Source of the DNA: Antedon mediterranea
Taxonomy: Eukaryota > Animalia > Echinodermata
NCBI RefSeq assembly: GCF_964355755.1
Contig: NC_092680.1
Coordinates: 20,283,045-20,347,044 of the forward strand
Length of the DNA: 64,000 bases
Reading direction: 5' to 3'
In this document: positions 53,501-64,000 of the stretch, piece after piece
Numbering within the stretch: the stretch's first letter is position 1
Layout of the letters: every line of letters begins with the position of its first letter
The notes under the pieces: generated by a model
Told to the model about the DNA's origin: nothing
The model's database searches: none
What the model saw: the letters and a program-made list of their open reading frames with translations, nothing else
Position numbers and translations under genes: made by a program

Positions 53501-56500
53501 AAAGAAATATTTATTAATTCTTTTTGATAATCACGTAAAATGTAGGTTCTACTGAATATAATATATAATTTAATTTATCAAGTTCAAGTTCAAGTTCAGA
53601 TTTATTCACATAATGCAAACACATACAAAAAATATGATAGATACAAATGGTTGGAAATTAAGTAAAAAATAGTTGCATTATCCAACAACAACAATAATGT
53701 ATCCTAAATTAGAATAAGATATTAACCTAAAACCTTGGATTAAGTAATCGACTTAAAACCCTAAAATATATACCCTTATTCTTCCTAATCGTTGAATGAA
53801 AACAACTTCCTATAAGAGCATTTACAGGAAGTTGCATGACAATCGAAAGTAAAAATAACAAACACTGTACTTCACCTTTGCACGAAATACAATCACACAA
53901 ACTTGTGAAAATGTTCAGATCAGATTTCTATTATAAGTAGGCCTACTACATTTGAGGTCAATCCATACTTTTATAATTGGAGTCCCAAATTCCTGGTCTA
54001 CCTGTCAAAAAGACACCGTCAAGAGTGACGCCACCAAGTTGTTTCAGTGATTCCCTGAACGTCCTCTATTTTTCCCAGATTTAAGGTCTCAGCAACATCA
54101 CAGCTCTGACATCACTCCAACAATCTGGTCGCGTCACTCCTGATGAAGTCTTCCTGACAAGTAGACGAACTTTTGAGAAGTTCAATAAAGGAAAGGATTG
54201 ACCTCAAAATAAACGTTTTATTGTACAAAAATTTTAGATTATATGATTACAATACTAATTCATTAATATTATTTCTTTAATTTACTAAAGTTTTTCACTG
54301 TTTTTATTGTTGTCTGTGTCTGCTACACAATATCCACCACTGACGTGGATTATACGTTACTTACCTACTTCAGTAGATATAAGAACGTCTGCTGGAATTG
54401 TAACCGATACAACCGTATCCGTTGAGTATTTGTACGTGTCAGAAAATTCTAAGAGCACTTGGTTATCTTCTGTGGCTGAAAACTGTAAGTCCGTACTGAT
54501 AGAGTACTTATCAAACGTTACAGCTTTTAACGCTAGGTTGTTGTTATCTGTGACCGTAAAATTGGCATCATCTTCAAACGTGGTAGTTATCTGGTCGTCC
54601 AGTAGTCTTATAATTGTCCTTGATGCATCTGCTGCTCTTTCCTCATTTTGACCCTCTTGAAATTTGTCATCAATCTCCAAAATGTCATCTATGATGTTTA
54701 CAATAACCTATCAAAAATAAGGGAAACGAGAATGAAGAGATCACTTCGATCCCAAATGACATGAATAAACGTTAGAAAATGTACACAAATCAAGTATACC
54801 CATGTTTCCATTGGTATTTTTATCCACACATAGTATAGGCCAGCAATAATGTAGATATAATGAATGCACTTGTTGAATGTAATACCAAAGAACTTATAAC
54901 ACAAGAATCTCCTGTTCGTCCGAAGCGCGTAACAATTTCGAAAGGCATTGTGGGATAGAATAGAGCTATGGGTGGCGCCATTGTGAGCCATGGAGTAGGG
55001 CGCCCGCATCAAATTAGAAAGTCAAAATCATAGAGGGGTTCTGCTAATGCTCTAGGGGGTATAGAGTAATTGACTGAGGAGTAGGGCGCCCGCATCAAAT
55101 TAGAAAGTCAAAATCATAGAGGGGTTCTGCTAATGCTCTAGGGGGGGGGGGGGGGGGGTAGAGTAATTGACTTCCTAGTTTGGAGGGGGCGCTGCTCCAT
55201 GCTGTGAAATGGCGTCGCCCAGTTTGACCTTTTAACCCTGTACTTCCGATACTGTGTTTTGAATGCAAATTGAAGAACAGGAGATTCTTGTGTTATAAGT
55301 TCTTTGGTAATACTCAAGGTGGAATCTCAGAAGAAAGTAATTCCAACTATGGTATAATGTATCATAACAATTTAAAAACAATTAAGACAAGTAATATTAG
55401 CTCTTTACCTTTGTCGACGAACTTGAAATGCTTAGATTGCTCAACTTATTTGAAAATAGAATAAGATCATTGACAGTTGTAGATTCGCTAAATGTTGTAG
55501 ACTGATTTACAAGAACTTCCAATTGGTTGTTAAAATGACTGCTTGTTGCTACTTCGGTTGATAATTCTGGTTGTAATGTTGTATTTAGCACTGGTTCTAC
55601 AAGAAAAAAACTCACATGCAGTAATTTGTATTTGTGTGGTGGTGACCATGATCTTTAGAAAATATCAAATTGTTATTCATCTTGTTAGTAATAACAAATG
55701 GGATTGGAATTTTAGTTAAGGAAACTGTTAAGAGGTAATGTTATCATAAAACTATTAATTAAATTCTCTTTAAAGATGGTTCGATAAAAGTAAATGTTCA
55801 GTCTCAATATAAATACTGGATAAAACAGAGAAAAGAAGATGACCAACATGTACATGAATCATAAAAATTAGAGAAAGAAATTAAAAAATATATAAGACAA
55901 ATCACAAAATCATCCTTCGACGAATAAAATAGCAAAAAAAGATGACGGATGAAGCAGGTTTGAGTTTAATTAGGGCAAACGCCATGAACATATCTTAAAA
56001 CAACAATTTTTATATAATAAACTTTATAAAGACATATTTAGTGAAATCGTAGTACAAGGAAAATGGTAATTAAAATAGATTAAAATGCATACGGGTTGAA
56101 AGAACTTTTGTAGGTTGTATCCACACATTACCATGTCCACCACAATACACCACCAAAGGTTTATTATCCGGATCTCCCTGACATTTATACGCACACATAC
56201 TATCATTAATGGACTTGTAGTGCTTAGAATAATCAAATGTTCCACAGTGGCATAGATTATATTGTAATCCAAAGTGTTCGTATCCTTTTTTAACGCAATA
56301 GTCATGGCAAAAATCAGACGTCAAGAAGTTCGCAGAACACGTTCCTCCAGAGCAGCTGTCGCAGGGTGAAGGGTCTTGCTTAGTGCACGGCGTTCCTTGA
56401 AGTACTTTACTTTCTTTGAGGAAACACTTTGGTAAAGAGATCCGAGTTGTTGGCATAACTTCACTGTAACCTGAACAAATAAATAAAAACTATAATGACA

Positions 56501-56962
56501 CCAAAAGTGACCGGTATTCTAAAGCAAATTTTACCGTTTTAATGTTTGTTTTATACCTATCTATTACATAAAATGATTAAGAAGAAAGATAACATGAATA
56601 CATCCTCAAATATATATCTTAAAGTAGAAACTTGTAACGATGTATACCAGCAATAATAAAACGGAGTTATCTATAGTTCATCTAATTGGTAAAAAAGCAG
56701 TAAGCTAAGGAGTCGCTACCGTAACCGTAAATGATATCATAAAGTAGTGTTTCAAACCAAAATATTTGCTCAAGCCTCATAACAAGACGTACATCATGGA
56801 ATATTATGTGGGTTGACCTATCATGATTATTTAGTCTAACTATATACGGTAGGCCTACTTCTATTTAATTTCAAAAAAAAAAAAACTAAAGATGGACTCA
56901 CCATTTGCACGGAAATATGAAATTACGAACATTAGGCCTAGATAAACAAAACGCATCTTCAT
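50582..56962 (-). CDS. Adhesion GPCR (class B2) with N-terminal WSC domain, GAIN/GPS region and 7TM; 10 exons, 753 aa
   Basis: Phase-consistent exons 56962-56902 (signal MKMRFVYLGLMFVISYFRAN), 56470-56093 (WSC: CHDYCVKKGYEHFGLQYNLCHCG...CAYKCQG...CGG), 55596-55409, 54707-54365, 53311-53130, 52755-52606 (GC...FSCSCNRFGHVALLL), 52252-52131, 51995-51727 (CKAIGVAVHYFLLSSVMWMGGE), 51536-51467, 51080-50582 (GLSW...YLFTIFNGLQG); 2262 nt. Confidence 0.88.
53990..54192 (+). mobile_element. Penelope-like retroelement terminal fragment with a degenerate minimal hammerhead
   Basis: GC-richer intronic block ending ACTC-CTGATGA-AGTCT...AGAC-GAAC-TTTT-GAG...AATAAA. Confidence 0.45.
54886..55306. mobile_element. 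P-superfamily-like MITE (421 bp) in an adhesion GPCR intron
   Basis: Perfect 32-bp TIR CAAAGAACTTATAACACAAGAATCTCCTGTTC; TSD GTAATAC at 54879-54885 and 55307-55313; internal ~87 bp tandem duplication (~54992-55172). Confidence 0.85.
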
Positions 56963-58089
56963 TTTCAGAGCCGAACGGATTGTCTGTATAGCGCGTCGTA
57001 AAAAGTTTACTGTTGAATTTAGCAAATACTGTATTGATTGGATCTTACTAAACACATTTTCTATTAAGTATACTCAGTCGTTTGTGACGTCAATTATAAT
57101 GTTACTAATGAGTTCAATCACTTTTAAGCAATAACGTCACAAGCTTATATAAATAAGTAAGTAACCTGTAACTGTGTTTTATTGTTCATTGTGTCCAGCA
57201 CAGGATGTAATTGTGAAAACACCACAATGTACACCTCATTCCTGCAGATAACATCAGTAGACAAGAAGTAATAGAAAAGTGTCATCTCACGATATTTTCA
57301 AATTACAGGAAACGTATCACTGATGAATGGTTGCATCAATGATGAATTATTATATCAACCCACCTCGACATTGTAGTGATATTGATATTGCTGGAAACTT
57401 TTATTTTGTGAGTGTACTATATATTTCCGTTGTAAAGTGTAAAATGCATATTATTTTGAAACCGATTCATTTTAGCTCAGTTTTACAACTGTTGATAATA
57501 GTAATTTATTTGCACGCTTTTATCTTGTGAGAGGGTGCTCTTTTTCGACTACATACATTATCAGACAGTGTCCTTTTAAAATTATTCTTATTATTATTGC
57601 CAACAAAAACAAACGAAAATGACAAAGGCCACTTTAAGTAAGTTGACAGGAAACTTAAATGTGAACTGATTCACTACGACAGGGAGCCTTTTACCCAGAA
57701 CCGTAGTAGTACATGAAGATAACAAACATATAAGTAATTAATTAAAATATATATAAATAAAAGAAATATATCATAATAAAATGTCAACAATATCAAAGAT
57801 GAATTTAGTAAAGCACAAAAATTGACGTAAAACTAATAGAACGATGGATAATTAGGAGGTTTACTCAGAGCAAACAAATAATTTTACGTTTAAAAGGTTG
57901 GGAAGTTATCTAGCCTTATAAGAGAAAATGTTTTAACTTCTTCATAAACTTTTTCTCATGCACAGTCGAAGAAAAATATGATCAATGCAGGCAGTTAGTC
58001 CCTGCTTTATAAACAAAATCGGCATTACTTTACTACAAAGTAAAATAAGACAATCAAAAAACATAAATAATGGTTTATTAATAATTTAC

Positions 58090-58372
58090 CTGTATTTTCT
58101 ACAACAAACAGTGGTGGATAATTGCAATCGTAAACAACACATCCTTTGCTTTCACACAAACATCTTTTGTGGCCTTTGCTCAGTTTACAAAGAAATATAC
58201 ATAAGTTCATGTCACTGGGTAATTTCAAACAACTACGAGTATAGCAAAATCCTGGATTGTTACTTAATATCGATGAGCTAAGAATCGTATCATTTTGGCC
58301 GTAGACAAATGGCATCAATGGAAGAAAAGCCAGCAAAAATACTGTATCTGACAGTCTAACAACTGAGAACAT
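58090..58372 (-). CDS. Candidate first coding exon: signal peptide plus an 8-Cys module, phase-1 donor; downstream partner unresolved
   Basis: MFSVVRLSDTVFLLAFLPLMPFVYG-QNDT...FCYTRSCLKLPSDMNLCIFLCKLSKGHKRCLCESKGCVVYDCNYPPLFVVENT, ending ACAG|GTAAAT. Confidence 0.55.
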
Positions 58373-58956
58373 ACTATAGCAAACTTTAATAGAATATTGC
58401 AATGAAAGAAATGGCGACAGAATGAAGTCAACAAAGACTAGTGTAAGATCCCACTTTGTATAATGAGTTGATGACAGTTGATTAGCTATATTATAATTCC
58501 AACAACCTTAAAAATCTACTGATAGCATCCGGGCTTTAGACATTAACCTATGATTTAAAGAAATCGATATTCTTGATAAGCAGACATGAAAACAAACCGT
58601 TGTACCAACAATAACAAGCAAAGGAAGTTAGTTTAATATCTTCTCAATCGAACTTCCACTAGTAAAATAAACAACATTCACTAAAAATGTTATGAAAAAA
58701 TAAATTGATATGCACGTTTTTTTAAAACATATTCCTACTAATAAAAACGTTTTGAGCGATTTAGCGTTTAAGATGATGGTTTTGATTACCAAAAATGTGT
58801 TCTATAACAAAAATTGTGTTCTATAACCAAAGATTAAAAGTTTTACAAATATTCTTACATCAAGACTATGTATTTACATCTTTTTGATAGTGAAGCATCT
58901 CATTCCGAACACAAAAGGAAACAGAAACGTAGGCCGCAAAGTTGATCAAAACTTAC

Positions 58957-59104
58957 CTGTATCTTCTGTTGGAACTTTGCAATTTTGAGAAAGAAAATTT
59001 TCAATTGAAAATCGGCAAAGATCAGGGTTTGGCGGTGACGTAGCCGAAGCAAGCAATATGCACGATACAACTAATACAAATAATTGTAAATATATACAGG
59101 ACAT
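58957..59104 (-). CDS. Candidate first coding exon: signal peptide plus a 2-Cys peptide, phase-1 donor; downstream partner unresolved
   Basis: MSCIYLQLFVLVVSCILLASA-TSPPNPDLCRFSIENFLSQNCKVPTEDT, ending in the consensus donor ACAG|GTAAGT. Confidence 0.5.
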
Positions 59105-60032
59105 TCTTGAAATTTAAAACTCGAACCACCTAAAAAGTAAAAAGTCACTCACAACTTTATTTAAGGTAATGATATAATATTTTTAACTCTGTATTAATAT
59201 TCTGTTATTGAATACGCCTATTACCCTATTTCCGTTTGAAACAGTCATCTAATAGTGTTATATACCATCCGCTCACAAAACTAATGGTAATAACAGAAAA
59301 AATGGGATTATTGGCATTATGCACTTTTTAGTCAAAAAATAGACATTCCAGGAAACATAAATCTGTGTCCTTATACCACATTTTATGTGTCCATATATGG
59401 TGTCATATCACTACCATGTTTGGGTACATCACAATTTTCTTGTCAAACTAGTTTGATAGACCTTAATAATCAGAACATTTACACCTATTTTATTGGACTA
59501 AGCCAACATACGAGCCACTTGGAGTGTGCAAACATTGTTTAAAATGAACAAGTACTGCAACTCGCTAATACGAGTCATGGTAACCACATAATTTGCATAT
59601 TATTCAGGTGGGAAGTGTTTCTGCATGTTCATGAGCATGGCTATAGAAAATGGCTACATAGCACTTTAATATTTCAACTATTGTATGTGTATAAGCTTTT
59701 CAACATTTAATGAAATATTTTACTAAATTTTGAATTTACTTCATACCATCCTAGCCTAGAAACACTTGACATACCAAACAATAGTCGCTTCTACATAGTT
59801 ACCAAGTATATATATTGCACGATAATTACTAAGTGTCATGTTCGATCCATGGAACGCTAATTATTCACGTGATAATCGAATTCATTTAAAACAATTAGTA
59901 GTGTGATCTATAGATATAGTGCCGCATTTATCCTACTATGAGATTCATATTCGGTATGTCGATGAAGATGGAAACAAATTGGGTTCACATTTATTTGTTA
60001 ATAAGTTCAATCGTATTATCGTAGAATTTAAA

Positions 60033-61076
60033 ATGGTTGCAATGATCGATTGTGTGGACAGCCATTGTTATTACCCTGCTTACGACGATACCGAAGGCAT
60101 ATTTAATATTTCGTTGACAATGCAAAATACAACGAATGGTGGATCTAGAAACGAAGAAGTTGCAATTTTTCTATCGGTTATGATGGCTATTCTTATAGTG
60201 ACGACGATAACGGGAAATACTCTAATACTTTCATTGACGTACCTTACCGAGGAACTACGAACAAATACGGCGGTATTCGTCGTAAACCTCGCCGTAGCTG
60301 ACGTGTTAGTTGGTACTCTATTAATGCCAGTGGAACTGACTAGCTGCATTGCTAACAAATGGGTGTTTGGTTCAGGTTTCTGTAGTTTCAATGGTGTTGT
60401 GAACTCTGCCTTCTGTATAGCTAGTATGCTTACACTTTGCAGTATATCACTTGATAGGTATTACGCCATATGTCATCCTCTTCGGTATAGAAACCAGATT
60501 CTAACGCCGAAACACATGGTTATCATGGTGGTATGGATTTGGACGCACTCACTGCTTCTAGGGGTATTGGCACTAACAAATTGGTCATATTACGAGTATT
60601 TTCCAAGTGAATATCTCTGTACAGTAGCATGGTCTTACAGCCCTTCCTACACCCTATTCACTTTACTTTCAAGTTTCTTTTCCGCTGGCGTAGTAATGTG
60701 TTTCTGTTACTATCATATACTACTTGTTGCGCGTGGTCACCGAAAGCGAGTTGCAGTTCAACGTAATGTTGGACAAAGACGTACCGTAAAAACGCAAGAG
60801 TTACGCACGGCTGCTGTTCTGTTATTGGTGATTGGAACCTATCTGTTTTGTTGGACTCCGCACATTACAGGTATTCTGTGTATTACTTTCACTGACTGTA
60901 AGTTGCCAGATTGGTTCTTTACAATGTCCACATGGCTGGCAATGGGTAACTCGTCGTTAAATCCATTAATATATGGTGTACTGGACAGAAGATACAGACG
61001 TGCTCTTTTAAAATTATACTGCAACCGAATAATGGCAAGAAAGAACGAGTCTACAGTAGAAGTAATAGATTCATAA
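60033..61076 (+). CDS. Class A (rhodopsin-like) orphan GPCR, GPR161/GPR101-like; single coding exon, ~347 aa
   Basis: Seven hydrophobic segments with GN, LAVAD, DRY, CWTP and NPLIY motifs and N-terminal N-glycosylation sites. The ATG at 60033 follows an acceptor-like TCGTAG; the track's 59919 start is a GTG. Confidence 0.92.
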   Translation: MVAMIDCVDSHCYYPAYDDTEGIFNISLTMQNTTNGGSRNEEVAIFLSVMMAILIVTTITGNTLILSLTYLTEELRTNTAVFVVNLAVADVLVGTLLMPVELTSCIANKWVFGSGFCSFNGVVNSAFCIASMLTLCSISLDRYYAICHPLRYRNQILTPKHMVIMVVWIWTHSLLLGVLALTNWSYYEYFPSEYLCTVAWSYSPSYTLFTLLSSFFSAGVVMCFCYYHILLVARGHRKRVAVQRNVGQRRTVKTQELRTAAVLLLVIGTYLFCWTPHITGILCITFTDCKLPDWFFTMSTWLAMGNSSLNPLIYGVLDRRYRRALLKLYCNRIMARKNESTVEVIDS

Positions 61077-61268
61077 TTTCATAATTTATATGCAGAACTT
61101 TCCAAATGGATTGGGAGATGATCTCGTCTAATTGCAGAACAGAACAATATAACAACATAATTGAATTTTATATGAATTTATTATTATTAGTGTACAGTAA
61201 AGTAATGTACTGAATGTTATTTTATATTCAATTCAATTCAACTTTATTTCAGACAATTGTAAATACAT

Positions 61269-61575
61269 TAAGCAACGTTGGGCCTGGTTAGAGCTTGGAT
61301 GGGAGACCATCTGGGAATATCGGGTGCTGTATACGGAGCTGGGGTCCCGTTAGGCATTTGAAATCAGCACTGCTGACTCTTATGGCAGCCCCTGCATCTA
61401 GTATCTGCCTCAGACCTCTGGTCAAGGTGGGCACTGGACGAGAGAAGCCCTTGATCAATGTCAGGACCAATCAAGGTGCTTTAAACTCTCCTGGCTTTGT
61501 TTGTATCAAACCTGTTAGTGGCGGTAATTATCGCTGTTGCTTTCGATTGAATAAAATAAAATAAATAAAAATAAA
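61269..61575 (+). mobile_element. 5S rRNA-derived SINE (SINE3), 5'-truncated
   Basis: TAAGCAACGTTGGGCCTGGTTAGAGCTTGGATGGGAGACCATCTGGGAATATCGGGTGCTGTA resembles the 3' half of eukaryotic 5S rRNA including the C box; it is followed by a ~220 bp unrelated body and an (AATAA)n tail. Confidence 0.75.
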
Positions 61576-61934
61576 ATTACAAAAAAAAAGATGAATGAGA
61601 GAGGACTAAAACTTTTATCTTTTGGTATATCATAATGATATTATTATATTATTATTATAGTGATACTTTATAATGCATTTATGTTAATAGCCTTAAAACA
61701 ATGTATACCTTTATTTGAGAAAGTTTATTATCTTCAGTTTCATAGAGACAAAAATGATCTACATTATGTCATATGCCTATCATGCCTAAATTTACAAAGA
61801 GACCCAGGTTCCTGTATTTTAAATGCTGTAACATAGCCCATGATAGCTTACTATTACTGTCATTAATCATATATTAATAAGCGTTTGAAGAATATGTAAA
61901 TTAATAATGTAAAATACTTTTATATCAAATGAAC

Positions 61935-61988
61935 ATAGCTAGTATGCTTACCCTTTGCTGTATATCACTTGATAGGTACTACGCCATA
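61935..61988 (+). pseudogene. Isolated 54-bp fragment of the class A GPCR TM3/DRY coding segment
   Basis: 51/54 identical to 60417-60470 (reads IASMLTLCCISLDRYYAI). Confidence 0.8.
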
Positions 61989-63187
61989 ATATACTTTTAT
62001 ATGAAATAGCACAATAATTAATAATTTATTACGCAATATGTGTAAATAATGGAAGTGAAAAGGATTGGACGATTGTCTACAAAAGAGAAAAATAATGCCA
62101 CGATAATATTTTCATTGGCATCCAAATCCGAATTTTATGTTGATAATAGACCTGAAAATAAAAACAACAATACCTATGGATTGAAAACAACATTATATTA
62201 CGCAGAAACAGTCAATGGGTCTATTGAGAGAGGCAGCGCATTTGGCGAGCGAGCTTGGTTGGTTTGTAGAAACGCGGAGGTAACTCATCTTCCAGAAATC
62301 GTAGCGAAACAGCGTTTAATATTTTATTTAACCAGGACCTTCTTGGTCAAGTAATAAGCAGATAATAATTCATAATAGTGTATGTATTTGTAGGAATTGA
62401 TTTAATAAATGTGTATTTGATGTGACTTTGCACTTTCTATGTATCAATTTAGTTTTACGTCTTAAAAAAAACACAAAAAAAAAAAGCAAGGGAAAAAAGT
62501 GGCTGCTCAATATCATTGTAAAATCTCTTAATAAAATATTCATAAACTAAAAATAGTATATTTAAATGATGACATTTTGATACAAACCTAACTTTATTTT
62601 GCAGTCACCTTCTTAGAATTCCTCATTCTGGCAAGAGTGCAGGTGTTTATGATAAATGAAAGACTAATGAACGAACAAACCAGTATTTAAGTGTTGCTAT
62701 CACTCTACTTCTCTTATTATAACAAATATAATTCTTATTAATTGTAGAAGAGCACTTAATACAAACGATTAAAACAAAAACCAAGTACTTTACTAATTGG
62801 TATTTCCACATTGACATGTGTGCTCTAGATATACGCACACCAATGTATCTCGAAAACGCTAAATATTTAGAAAATTGAAACATAGTTACTAAGTATTAAG
62901 TAGGTATTTATTCAATACTATACTTAATAACATAATTAATAATACGTCTAAAAGAATTATGTTTTTAATAGTTCATCCATTGAACGATGACGTACCACAG
63001 TGTTTAATGCTGTCTCAGCAGGTATAATAACCACGATCATACGATAGTCTTTTTCTACTATAAAACAACAAATCCGACATTTTATTATTTATACAAGCAG
63101 GACATTTCTACCTACGTACGGATATTTAGAAATGTTGATTATATTTTAGAAGTTCCTAAATTAGGAGTGGGGATCGTCATCAATGCT

Positions 63188-64000
63188 ATGACTGAACTTA
63201 GTCAATCGTTTGATTTTCAAGGAACTAACGGTACATCATGTACTGAAGAAAGTCTGATACGAAACGAAGGAGTCACCATATTTTTATCAATGTTTATGTT
63301 TATAATTATGATAGTGACTATTGTTGGAAACACACTGCTTTTCATATTGACTTATTACACCGAATCTTTACGAACGATTTCGTCTGTTTTTATCTTAAAC
63401 TTGGCACTCATTGATGTCCTGATTGGTGTTGTGTTGTTACCATTTTTACTAGCTAGTTGCATTGCTGATGGACTGCTGTTTGGTGATGCATTCTGCACTT
63501 TTAACGGTATTGTGAATTCTATATTCTGTATGACAAGCATGTTGTCACTTCCTCTTATATCTATTGACAGATATTATGCCATTTGTCGGCCTTTCCAATA
63601 CAGAAGACATATCACTACCACAAGCACGGTTATCATGTTGTCGTGGACATGGGTTCAATCAATTGTTATAGCCTTGCTTCCTCTATCAGGCTTAACATAT
63701 TATAAATACTATCCTAACGAATATCTGTGCACTGTGGCGTGGGTCATATGTCCAGCATATTCTTTATTCATGTTATGCTCGTGTTTTGTTCCAGCAATCG
63801 CTATAATGTGCGTCTGCTATTATAATATACTGACAGTTGCGCGACGTCAAAGCCGACGTGTACAAGCGCAGGAGCGTATTTTCGCACATCGCCAAACGAT
63901 CAAAAAGCGTGAGATAAGAGCAGCAGCTACGCTTCTACTTGTAATCGGTACGTTTTTATCGTGCTGGGCACCACACATAGTTGGAGTACTATTCTGTCAA
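63188..64000 (+). CDS. Second class A orphan GPCR, tandem paralog of 60033-61076; runs off the window end
   Basis: Open frame from ATG 63188: MTELSQSFDFQGTNGT...VGNTLL...NLALID...FCTFNGIVNSIFC...SIDRYYAICRP...EYLCTVAW...CWAPH. Absent from the ORF track because it has no stop inside the window. Confidence 0.9.
   Translation, partial: MTELSQSFDFQGTNGTSCTEESLIRNEGVTIFLSMFMFIIMIVTIVGNTLLFILTYYTESLRTISSVFILNLALIDVLIGVVLLPFLLASCIADGLLFGDAFCTFNGIVNSIFCMTSMLSLPLISIDRYYAICRPFQYRRHITTTSTVIMLSWTWVQSIVIALLPLSGLTYYKYYPNEYLCTVAWVICPAYSLFMLCSCFVPAIAIMCVCYYNILTVARRQSRRVQAQERIFAHRQTIKKREIRAAATLLLVIGTFLSCWAPHIVGVLFCQ

Noticed and set aside
59919-60032. N-terminal extension of the class A GPCR in the ORF track
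   Set aside because: It starts at GTG and crosses a likely intron acceptor (TCGTAG at ~60024); the first ATG is at 60033.
60033-61076. Opsin or canonical biogenic amine receptor
   Set aside because: No Lys at 7.43 and no Asp at 3.32.
61269-61332. Functional 5S rRNA gene
   Set aside because: Only the 3' half is present, with mismatches and no T-run terminator, and it continues into a SINE-like body and tail.

Overview
AT-rich, intron-rich animal genomic DNA. An invertebrate such as an echinoderm is my inference, not something the sequence proves. Genes assembled by hand from GT-AG sites and phase checks: (1) a 17-coding-exon L3MBTL1/3/4-family chromatin reader (+, 9902-20750, 960 aa); (2) a small single-SRCR surface protein missed by the ORF track (+, 23828-25846, 185 aa); (3) two paralogous WSC-domain adhesion GPCRs on the minus strand, one disabled (27542-31925) and one intact (50582-56962, 753 aa), both with a non-canonical GPS; (4) two tandem class A orphan GPCRs (60033-61076 and 63188 to the window end). 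Between the adhesion GPCRs lies a ~13.5 kb modular tandem array built around ~60 copies of an 11-bp-arm palindrome. It sits next to a Helentron-like end and is bracketed by a ~340 bp direct repeat. The best leads are: two extra signal-peptide exons with phase-1 donors upstream of the intact adhesion GPCR (possible variable first exons); P-superfamily elements in three states (a 2.3 kb element with a perfect 8-bp TSD in the L3MBTL 5' region, a 421 bp MITE, and a 39 bp excision-footprint-like remnant); the grammar of the array; and a Penelope-type hammerhead remnant. All coordinates and counts were read by eye, and no database search was run.
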